Shown here piece after piece: positions 36,138 to 43,776 of a stretch of DNA of 64,000 bases. How positions within the stretch are numbered: position 1 is the first letter of the stretch; each line of letters starts with the position of its first letter. Both the position numbers and the translations under genes were made by a program. The notes under the pieces are model-generated. The model had not been told where the DNA came from, did not search any database, and worked only from the letters and a program-made list of their open reading frames with translations. This DNA comes from Limisphaerales bacterium (GTDB lineage: Bacteria; Verrucomicrobiota; Verrucomicrobiia; Limisphaerales; AAA164-E04), in assembly GCA_965227305.1 (NCBI GenBank), contig OZ245740.1:2515371-2579370 (forward strand), written 5' to 3'.

Positions 36138-36215
36138 GTCCGTGAATGCAAAGCAGCTCGAGCACTCTGCCCTTCAAGCAGAACCTAGTCGGTGCGAGTC
36201 CGATCACGGATACCA
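36138..36215 (+). tRNA. tRNA-Glu-like (TTC in canonical register) with C33 and A18/G55 elbow, CCA encoded
   Basis: The parse is GTCCGTG AA TGC(A) AAGCAGCTCG (A)GCA C TCTGC CCTTCAA GCAGA ACCTA GTCGG TGCGAGT CCGAT CACGGAT A CCA. The 1:72 pair is a G-T wobble, and loop position 33 is C rather than U. Confidence 0.6.
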
Positions 36216-36221
36216 GATTTT

Positions 36222-36296
36222 GTCCGCGTAGCTCAGATAGATTAGAGCGCCGCCCTACGAAGGCGGAGGTCGCAGGTGCGAGTCCTGCCGCGGATA
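36222..36296 (+). tRNA. tRNA-Arg (ACG) with A18/G55 elbow, no encoded CCA
   Basis: The parse is GTCCGCG TA GCTC AGATAGATTA GAGC G CCGCC CTACGAA GGCGG AGGTC GCAGG TGCGAGT CCTGC CGCGGAT A. All stems are perfect apart from a G1-T72 wobble. A20 and A73 are present. Confidence 0.8.
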
Positions 36297-36302
36297 CTTT
36301 AT

Positions 36303-36377
36303 GGTGGTCATGTTGTAATAGTAGCATCACGCCCTGTGACGGCGTCCGTGCCGGTGCGAATCCGGTTGGCCACCCCA
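36303..36377 (+). tRNA. tRNA-His (GTG) with encoded G-1, C73, A18/G55 elbow, CCA encoded
   Basis: The parse is G(-1) GTGGTCA TG TTGT AATAGTA GCAT C ACGCC CTGTGAC GGCGT CCGT GCCGG TGCGAAT CCGGT TGGCCAC C CCA. The 5' and 3' ends match the classic bacterial tRNA-His pattern GGTGG...CCACCCCA. Confidence 0.8.
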
Positions 36378-36446
36378 ATTTCTTATCAACCAGCGGTGAC
36401 AAGAGGATCGACAAGAATGACGCCTAGCGTTCTTCCATTCTACATT

Positions 36447-36527
36447 CTGCAGTTTGCATTGCCTCCCCCGAGAGCGAAGCCAGGCAAACAATGCAAAAGT
36501 TAAATTGAAAACTGCAAACTGCAAAAG
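36447..36527. repeat. TTTGCAG-heptamer / TTTGCATT inverted-repeat element, locus A
   Basis: On the minus strand it reads TTTTGCAGTTTGCAGTTTTCAATTTAACTTTTGCATTG...CAATGCAAA. The inverted repeat is TTTGCATTG (36453-36461) and CAATGCAAA (36489-36497). The architecture matches that at 57791-57867. Confidence 0.55.
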
Positions 36528-36609
36528 TTGGGGAACCCAGGAGAATGTCCCCGTTACTGATGGTCGCCATTACGACTCACACCAATGCCTCGTCGCACTC
36601 GGTCTTGCT

Positions 36610-37758
36610 TCATTCCGAGTCGCCGGGCAGTTCCGAGAATGTCGCCGTATAGATCTGTTGATCATCCTCACCCGAGGCTCGGTCAAAAACCCCTCGCCAA
36701 AAGAGCTGAAGGACCTCTCCGTTTGGATCCACCGCCATCGCCGGACCGAACGCGCTACCCGGCGGGTTCTCGCCAAACAAATTCACCGAACGCCATTCAT
36801 CATCTCCCTGAAGCAACGCGAAGGAAAGCGCCGGATTCCCCGGAGTCTTCCCTCGGGGTTGATCGCCCCGCCATCCGACCAGCAACCCGCCTCCCCATGC
36901 CACCGCTCCCGGAGTCCAGGCGGATTGGGCCTTCGGAATGATCGGGAGTGGGAGTTGGAAGGTGGACCACGTTTCTCCATCGAAAAATCCATGATACAAC
37001 AAAGGATCGCCGGGATCGCTATTCGGCCCCAAAAACGTTAGCGATCCGGTCCCCCGCCAGACGGCGTACAAGCGCTCACCGACCGGTGCTAGCGTGGGAC
37101 CAGAGGTCCCGTTGGCGTGAACAATATTGATACTGTGACTCGGCTTCCCCAACCACACTCCAGCCTGCGGATCAAATACCTTGTAGTTGATCCAATGATG
37201 ATTGCCCGGAACCGTTCCCACCGTGACGTTGCCATAAGCCCTCCAGCTCAAGTACACCAAACCGTTGAAAACCGCTAAGCCTGGCGGCCCAGCACTGTAG
37301 GGGCCGGGAACGACACCGGCATATTGGATTTCCCCATCCTGACGCATCGAGGCGAAATACGCCGCGGGATCCCCCGTCCCGCTAAATAGATTGCCTTCGC
37401 CGTGCCAAGCAATAAACAGCTGATCCGACGAGGCCGCCAATACGGGACCAAACATACTCCTCCCGGACAAGACCTGCGGCTCCGTCCAAACACCCGCTTC
37501 CCGTGTCGCCAAATAGAGCTTCTGATCATCTTCGGCCGCCCCGGGCGAACCGGAACCACGCCAGCTCAAGTAAGTTTTCCCATTGAAAACCGCGGCCGAT
37601 GGTGCAAAGGCACTGCGAGCCTGAGGTACGTATTCCACGGCCGAGTGCGCCAAGCCAGCCCCCAACCACAGCCCCGCAACGAGAAGGCCAAGCGTCCGAC
37701 TCCAAATCGACCCGTTCGATATGGCCAAAGAATTTGGAATGTGATATTGCATGCCCAT
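36610..37758 (-). CDS. Secreted six-repeat protein (W-R/H-G motif), probable beta-propeller
   Basis: It has a signal/TM segment followed by six ~55-aa repeats with cores YLSWRGSG, FIAWHGEG, YLSWRAYG, YAVWRGTG, LLVGWRGD and LQLFWRGV. Each core is followed by an aromatic-rich strand. Confidence 0.7.
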   Translation of the reverse strand: MGMQYHIPNSLAISNGSIWSRTLGLLVAGLWLGAGLAHSAVEYVPQARSAFAPSAAVFNGKTYLSWRGSGSPGAAEDDQKLYLATREAGVWTEPQVLSGRSMFGPVLAASSDQLFIAWHGEGNLFSGTGDPAAYFASMRQDGEIQYAGVVPGPYSAGPPGLAVFNGLVYLSWRAYGNVTVGTVPGNHHWINYKVFDPQAGVWLGKPSHSINIVHANGTSGPTLAPVGERLYAVWRGTGSLTFLGPNSDPGDPLLYHGFFDGETWSTFQLPLPIIPKAQSAWTPGAVAWGGGLLVGWRGDQPRGKTPGNPALSFALLQGDDEWRSVNLFGENPPGSAFGPAMAVDPNGEVLQLFWRGVFDRASGEDDQQIYTATFSELPGDSE

Positions 37759-37806
37759 CCGTAGTCGCTTTTGAATACTCGACGGTGATCCTAGTCATCA
37801 GTTCGG

Positions 37807-40800
37807 ATGATTCCAAGCTTCGGACAACATCAAACAGCAATGCGGGCCAAGACATTCCAATCCAGGAAAGAACGCGTCCCGTCCCTTCCGCCCCGCCCAG
37901 TCGGAACGGTGTCGCCGACCGACACGAGATACCGCCGGTCGCCCCTGATATTCACCGCACCGTTTGGCAATCTGGCCACGTCTCTCTTTGCACTCTGTGC
38001 ACTCATCTCGGTCCTGACCACGGCGCCCTGCACGCAGGCAGCGGAAAGAGCCGCTCCGTATCGCGTCACGAATTGGCAGGTTGAGGATGGTCTCCCCCAG
38101 AATACGATTCAGAAGATCACCCAGACATCGGACGGCTACCTCTGGTTGGCAACCACACATGACGTGATTCGATTCGACGGTCTTGAATTCCGAATTCTCG
38201 CTGGTGACGATTTAAGCAACTTCGACTTCCGCAGTGTTCGGTGTCTCTTTGGCGACCAGGATGGGGCTCTTTGGATCGGGACGAATCAAGGGCTAATTCG
38301 GTATCAGGAAGGCGAACTCAGTTGGATCGACGGCCCCGAAGAATTCGCGCCAATCAAGATCAACAACATCTGTCAGGCACCGAACGGCCGTATTTATATG
38401 ACCTCAAAACTCGCTGTGTTCGAGTTCAGAGACGAGGTGCTCGTTCCCATCACCGAAGAGGGTCCAGAATCACCGGACGGCGGTTGGGTCATCACAGCGG
38501 ACGCTAAGAATCGGGTCTGGGTCAGTTGGGGGAACACGCTCTATCGGCGCGAAAACGACCAATGGTCGAGAGAGATCCAATTCCCCCGCATTATAAACTA
38601 CATTTCAAGCGATAGCGATGGAACCATTTGGTGTGGGCTCAATGCCGGTTACTTCGCTTGGTTGAAGCCCGGCGGTAAGGAAAACATCAAGGTATATCCC
38701 GGGGGCTCCATTTTTGACGTCGCCCAGAATCAAAAGGGAGATGTCTTCTTCCGCGTTTCCGACCGCCTTCATCGCTTTCCAGATGGCGAAAACGTTCCGC
38801 TTTTCCTTCAGAACGGGGAACCCGTTGAGCGGATACAGATCATTTTTCAAGACCGAGAAAAAAACCTCTGGTTGGGAACCAAGGGCAAAGGCCTGGTGCT
38901 CTTAGAACCGCAACCATTGGCAACCTACTCCACCGAAGCAGGCCTCCCCTATCCCGAAGTCAAAACCATCGCGCAATTCGATGCAGACTGTCTCTGGCTA
39001 GGAACAACGGGCGGAGGCCTGGCAAAGCTTCAAGGTGAAACCTTTCACCCCATCGAGTTCACGGGCTATTCGAATATCGGCGCGATACAGCGATCAAGGG
39101 ATGGCCAACTTTGGGTTGGAACCTACGGCAATCACCTCTGGCACATCGATCAGGGCCAGCCCACCATCGAAACCCGCAGCCGAGCCCTCACCGGCCGCTG
39201 CCTCTTTGAAGACATTGAAGGAGCCCTGTGGGTTGGCGGAGAAGGCATGGGAGCGGAGCGCCTGACGTCGAATCAAGTCGTCCGACTCGATACGGGCAGC
39301 GGATTGGTTTCCGACAATGTTCGCTGTTTCGCCCAGGATCAATCGAACGCGATCTGGATCGGGACGGATCGCGGCCTGCACCGCTATTGGAACAACAAAG
39401 TCGAAGCCTTCACGACACACGAGGGTCTACGAGACGCACGCGTTCAATCCCTGTTTGTCGACTCCAGCGGCACCCTTTGGATCGGGACCGAAGCTCGCGG
39501 GTTGACGCGGTTCCAAAACGGAAGTTTCGATACGATCCGTACGGAACAAGGTTTCTTCAGCGAGAGCGTCGCTCAGATGCTAGAGGATGACCTCGGATAC
39601 CTTTGGCTCGGCACCAATCGGCGGCTCTTCCGCACCCAGTTGGACGAGCTCAACCGAGCCTTCGATCAAGGGGAGGATAAACTCATCGGAAAATCGTTCG
39701 GCAAAGAGGACGGGATGCGCAGCCAAGAATGCACGGGAGGCTTTCAACCCAACTGCCTCAAAGCGTCTGATGGGATTCTGTGGTTCTGCACCGCGGACGG
39801 TGTGGTTCGCGCAGATCCCGCCTCCGTCCAAGAGAAAGCCGTCTTGCCCGACATTCACATTGATCTCTTCCTCGCCGACGGCGAACCGGTTCGAAAGGAG
39901 AACGCATCAGACTCCGAGACGTTTGATCTCGTTCCCAAGTTGGGAGTCTACGATTCCTTCGGAGCTTCTTCCGTTGCTCAGGATTTGAAAGAGAATCGGT
40001 TCGTCGTCCCTCCCGGAGCGGGACGTCTTGAGATTCACTATACTGGGATCAACTTCACGGCACCGACCAGCGTGCACTACCGCTATCGACTGAGCAATTA
40101 CGATACCGACTGGACAGTGGCGGGTTCACAAAGCATCGCTGCCTACACCCAAGTCGCTCCCGGAACCTACGAATTTGAGGTTCAAGCAGGAAACAGCGAA
40201 GGTAAATTCAACCCCGTTTCGAGGAAGCTCGCCTTTGTGGTGCGGCCGACGTTGATTCAAAGCGGGTGGTTTCGCGTCAGCGTCGGCCTCGGCGTCTGTG
40301 CCGCGCTGGTAGCGTTGACCTACGGCCCCATTCAGCGCCGCCGACAGTTGGCAAAGATGCGAATCCAAATCGCTCGCGATCTCCACGATGAAGTGGGGTC
40401 CAACTTGGGTTCCATTTCGCTCTATAGCCAACTCGCCCGGGAAAAAGCCGGGGAAACCTCACCTGCTGTGGAAGAGTTTGACGAAATCACCCGAACGATC
40501 CACCGAACCGCCCAATCTCTTCGAGACGTCATCTGGTTCACAAATCCAGAATTCGATACCTTACGGGGGATGCTCCAACAGATGGAAGACACCGCCAATC
40601 GGATGTTGGTAGGCAAGCAAATCGCCTTCAAGGCGGATTGTCCCGTATCCGATCGCCGGCTTTCCTTGAATTTCCGGCGTCAAGTGTTCCTCATCTTTCG
40701 AGAGATCACCCACAATATCCTCAAACACTCCCAAGCGAGTCACGTCAAGATCACCATCTTCGCTCGAAGAAACGTTCTCTCCCTCAAAATTGCCGACGAC

Positions 40801-40947
40801 GGTGTTGGGTTTGATCCGAACAACGGACGCCGCGGAAATGGGCTAAACAACATGCAACAACGGGCAGAGGAATTGAAGGGGCGGGTCACGTTCCATTCCC
40901 AACCCGGGCAGGGTTCAACCATCCTTTTTGAAATCCCCATGACGTGA
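37807..40947 (+). CDS. Sensor histidine kinase (Reg_prop repeats + Y_Y_Y + TM + HisKA_3 + HATPase_c), paralog of 1824..4892
   Basis: The blades include GYLWLATTHDVIRFDG, GALWIGTNQGLIRY and GTLWIGTEARGLTRF. The Y_Y_Y motif is YRYRLSNYDTDWTVAGSQSIAAYTQVAPGTYEFEVQA. The H-box is IARDLHDEVGSNLGSI and the ATPase part reads IADDGVGF...GNGLNNMQQRA. The exact start is uncertain. Confidence 0.9.
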   Translation: MIPSFGQHQTAMRAKTFQSRKERVPSLPPRPVGTVSPTDTRYRRSPLIFTAPFGNLATSLFALCALISVLTTAPCTQAAERAAPYRVTNWQVEDGLPQNTIQKITQTSDGYLWLATTHDVIRFDGLEFRILAGDDLSNFDFRSVRCLFGDQDGALWIGTNQGLIRYQEGELSWIDGPEEFAPIKINNICQAPNGRIYMTSKLAVFEFRDEVLVPITEEGPESPDGGWVITADAKNRVWVSWGNTLYRRENDQWSREIQFPRIINYISSDSDGTIWCGLNAGYFAWLKPGGKENIKVYPGGSIFDVAQNQKGDVFFRVSDRLHRFPDGENVPLFLQNGEPVERIQIIFQDREKNLWLGTKGKGLVLLEPQPLATYSTEAGLPYPEVKTIAQFDADCLWLGTTGGGLAKLQGETFHPIEFTGYSNIGAIQRSRDGQLWVGTYGNHLWHIDQGQPTIETRSRALTGRCLFEDIEGALWVGGEGMGAERLTSNQVVRLDTGSGLVSDNVRCFAQDQSNAIWIGTDRGLHRYWNNKVEAFTTHEGLRDARVQSLFVDSSGTLWIGTEARGLTRFQNGSFDTIRTEQGFFSESVAQMLEDDLGYLWLGTNRRLFRTQLDELNRAFDQGEDKLIGKSFGKEDGMRSQECTGGFQPNCLKASDGILWFCTADGVVRADPASVQEKAVLPDIHIDLFLADGEPVRKENASDSETFDLVPKLGVYDSFGASSVAQDLKENRFVVPPGAGRLEIHYTGINFTAPTSVHYRYRLSNYDTDWTVAGSQSIAAYTQVAPGTYEFEVQAGNSEGKFNPVSRKLAFVVRPTLIQSGWFRVSVGLGVCAALVALTYGPIQRRRQLAKMRIQIARDLHDEVGSNLGSISLYSQLAREKAGETSPAVEEFDEITRTIHRTAQSLRDVIWFTNPEFDTLRGMLQQMEDTANRMLVGKQIAFKADCPVSDRRLSLNFRRQVFLIFREITHNILKHSQASHVKITIFARRNVLSLKIADDGVGFDPNNGRRGNGLNNMQQRAEELKGRVTFHSQPGQGSTILFEIPMT

Positions 40948-41681
40948 ATACGTCCGTTGTCGCTCGTTGCATTTGCCCTCAGGATCGTTTCGAACGGGCA
41001 ATGGCATTAGCGACAATAGACGAGATTATTCCGACCAGGGAACGGGGCAAAGTATCGGTGTGGGCCGTAGAAGACAGCGCCTCCTTCCGATCTGCAGTGG
41101 TGCAAGTCTTGAATTCGATCTCAGGCATCCGTTGCACCCAATCATTCCCAACGATGGACGTCGCTCTCGAGTCGCTCGGCAAGGGCAGTCCACCAGACGT
41201 CTTGCTGATGGACATTCATTTGCCCGGGAGTTCCGGCGTGGACAGCGTCATCAAGATTCGATCCGAGTTACCGGACCTCCCCATCCTCTTGCTAACCATC
41301 AATGAAGATCATTCATCGATCATGCGAGTCATCTGTGCAGGCGCCCTGGGCTACCTCGTAAAAACAGCCTCCGTGAATACCATCAAAAGCGCAATCTACG
41401 AGGTCAATCACGGAGAAGCCGACATGCCCCCACAAATCGCCCGATCGGTACAAACGCTGTTTGACGACTGCCCACCGAAAAACTCTCGAGATCGCCTCAG
41501 CTCACAGCAACAACAAACCCTTACGCTGCTTACCGAAGGAAAGAACCGTTCTGAGATTGCTGAAATCCTCAACTGCGAAGCCACCGCGCTGGGAAGGGAC
41601 ATCCGAACCCTTTACGGCAAACTCCACAAACACAGTCGAAGCCCCGCAGCCGCTAAACTGATTCGGAACAAGACGTTCTGA
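40944..41681 (+). CDS. NarL/LuxR-type response regulator
   Basis: The REC domain reads VSVWAVEDSASF...DVLLMDIHLPGSSG and the HTH reads LSSQQQQTLTLLTEGKNRSEIAEILNCEATALGRDIRTLYGKL. The GTG start overlaps the kinase stop (GTGA). Confidence 0.85.
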   Translation: MNTSVVARCICPQDRFERAMALATIDEIIPTRERGKVSVWAVEDSASFRSAVVQVLNSISGIRCTQSFPTMDVALESLGKGSPPDVLLMDIHLPGSSGVDSVIKIRSELPDLPILLLTINEDHSSIMRVICAGALGYLVKTASVNTIKSAIYEVNHGEADMPPQIARSVQTLFDDCPPKNSRDRLSSQQQQTLTLLTEGKNRSEIAEILNCEATALGRDIRTLYGKLHKHSRSPAAAKLIRNKTF

Positions 41682-41757
41682 CGCAACTCCGGTTTCAAGT
41701 CGGAAACCCCACCGGATGGGTCGAGTCCGCTCCGGCCCACGCCTCCCGGCGAGGAAC

Positions 41758-42369
41758 CTACTGGGCTACAGAAGTCTCTGTCGCCATCAACAGAGATGCT
41801 GCGAGATCACTGTCCGGTTCCAACGAGGAAAAGTCATCGTCCGTCCAGTGCACCCCATCGGGCCCGGCGGAGCGGATCTCAATCTGCCGACCCGACATCC
41901 GATGAAAGTAAAACGGCGTGTCCCAGCGGTCGACGATCTCCCCAGCCGCATTCATCCAGTCCCCCTCGGTAGCGATAAACGCAATGCCTCGATTGTTCGC
42001 GCCCCGGAAGACGCGCACCCAATCCGCATTCTCGCCATAGGGAAACTCTTGAAAAACCGAGTAATACGAAAACAACAGATTATCCACAATCGCCAGGTCT
42101 CGCTCGATGGCCCCCTGAGGATCATTGAGCCCATCCAGCATATCGGGTTTCTCGACTTGAGCCCCAGCTTCCGGCTCTCCCGCAGCACGCGAAAGAGGCC
42201 GTCGCGAAAGAGCCGGCGAGGGCTCAGTGGATTCCGCAGCCAATTCCCGCTGCCCGACTGTCTCACCCGCCAACACGGGGTCGCGGGAATCCGGCTGCCG
42301 GTCAAACATCAACAAGACCACGCCAACGCCACAGAGTCCCACGAGAATGAAGATTCGCAATGCCTTCAT
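41758..42369 (-). CDS. Membrane-anchored hypothetical protein (C-terminal part faintly pseudopilin GspG-like)
   Basis: The N-terminal anchor is MKALRIFILVGLCGVGVVLLMF. The C-terminus DRWDTPFYFHRMSGRQIEIRSAGPDGVHWTDDD resembles the GspG-type motif. It lies 3 nt downstream of the DUF1501 gene. Confidence 0.55.
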   Translation of the reverse strand: MKALRIFILVGLCGVGVVLLMFDRQPDSRDPVLAGETVGQRELAAESTEPSPALSRRPLSRAAGEPEAGAQVEKPDMLDGLNDPQGAIERDLAIVDNLLFSYYSVFQEFPYGENADWVRVFRGANNRGIAFIATEGDWMNAAGEIVDRWDTPFYFHRMSGRQIEIRSAGPDGVHWTDDDFSSLEPDSDLAASLLMATETSVAQ

Positions 42370-42372
42370 CCG

Positions 42373-43776
42373 CTACCCCATGAAGCCCATGTCGGAAGTC
42401 TCAAAGTTCCCAATGTTGGGAAACACCTGTGGCAAATCCGAATCCGCCACGCCGAACCAACGCGCCATCGTGGCCCCATACTGATCGACAGAATACTTGG
42501 GAATCCAGCGTCCCCGCCCCACATCATCGGGACTGTTCCCGAGATTCGGGTTTGGATACTCCCCATACACTTTGCCTCCATTCACGCAACCGCCCATGAC
42601 GATGTGATGACTTCCCCAACCGTGGTCTGAACCTCGCCCATTTGAATCAAAGGTCCGGCCAAAGTCTGACGCGCTGAACGTGGTCACGTTGTCATGCACG
42701 CCCAACTCGCGCATCGCACTATCAAACGCCACCAAGGATCCATTGATCCCCGCCAACAATCCGGCGTGCGGTCCCAACTGATCCCCATGAGTATCGAATC
42801 CGCCCGTCGCGCAGAAGAAGATCTGTCGCCGCATACCCAAGGCCGCTCGCGCCTCAATCAGCTTAGCGATCATGCGCATCTGTTGTCCAAGCCCACTAGC
42901 AGGAAAATTGGGAAAGTCTTGCGTGTTTTCCAAAGCTGCCGCCAACACGCCATCACTATCGATCGCTCGCTTGGTAATATCGGCAAACGCCTCTTCAAGT
43001 AAGTTGTGATGGTCCAGGTTTAGCAAGTCGACAAACGCTTGGTACTTGCGTTGTTCCCCGCCGTTGCTGCTGTTCGAGAGCCCGATCCCCGAACTCCCGC
43101 CGCTCGAAAGCCGAAACGGAACAATCTCACGCCCCACCTGAAAGAAGTTGGATCCCGAGATGGAAATCGACATCGAGACGCTCTGATCGTTGTAGAGCGA
43201 GTGCAGCAAATCGGCGATTCGCCCTCCCCACCCGGTGTCTTCATAAGCCGCGGCATTCTCCGGCACCGAGGTCTGCCACAACACTTGCTGGTCGTTGTGA
43301 GAAAACAGATTGGGCGGCAACGCGGACCGGCGGTTTCGAAAGTCCGACAAGGTGACCGGAGCCAAAAGTGTCCCAACGTTTTGAATCAAGGCGCAGTCAC
43401 CCGCATTGAAGAGCTGCTGAATGCCACCCATTGAAGGATGCAGAGCCATCGGCTGCGCACCGGCGCCAACCGTCAATGGCAACAGGATACCCTGAGGCAA
43501 AGCCAAGTTCTGACGCCCGGCGGCATACAACGCATAGGTCTCCGGATCCATGGGAATGAGCATATTCGACGCATCATTCCCTCCATAGAGAAAGAGACAG
43601 ACCAAGGCCTTGTAATCATCGCCACCCGAGGCGGCGGCGTTGATTTGCCGCAAGTCCATGAGCGTTGACAACAGGCTCATGGACCCCACTGCCGCACAGG
43701 CTCCCTGCGCAAGAAAAGACCGACGTGATAAGGGATTGTTTTCCAGATTCATAGGGATCCTAACGTTGGATGGCAA
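42373..43776 (-). CDS. DUF1501 domain protein (sulfatase/alkaline-phosphatase-like fold), Tat signal
   Basis: The twin-arginine signal is SRRSFLAQGACAAVGS. The DUF1501-type motifs are GGNDASNMLIP, GGFDTHGDQ and GRGSDHGWGSHH. The start may be Met at 43752, which would remove the overlap with the upstream gene. Confidence 0.85.
   Translation of the reverse strand: MPSNVRIPMNLENNPLSRRSFLAQGACAAVGSMSLLSTLMDLRQINAAASGGDDYKALVCLFLYGGNDASNMLIPMDPETYALYAAGRQNLALPQGILLPLTVGAGAQPMALHPSMGGIQQLFNAGDCALIQNVGTLLAPVTLSDFRNRRSALPPNLFSHNDQQVLWQTSVPENAAAYEDTGWGGRIADLLHSLYNDQSVSMSISISGSNFFQVGREIVPFRLSSGGSSGIGLSNSSNGGEQRKYQAFVDLLNLDHHNLLEEAFADITKRAIDSDGVLAAALENTQDFPNFPASGLGQQMRMIAKLIEARAALGMRRQIFFCATGGFDTHGDQLGPHAGLLAGINGSLVAFDSAMRELGVHDNVTTFSASDFGRTFDSNGRGSDHGWGSHHIVMGGCVNGGKVYGEYPNPNLGNSPDDVGRGRWIPKYSVDQYGATMARWFGVADSDLPQVFPNIGNFETSDMGFMG

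Noticed and set aside
41716-42630. The 304-aa + strand ORF
   Set aside because: It is antisense to two confident minus-strand genes (the membrane-anchored protein and DUF1501) and is Arg/Pro/His-rich.
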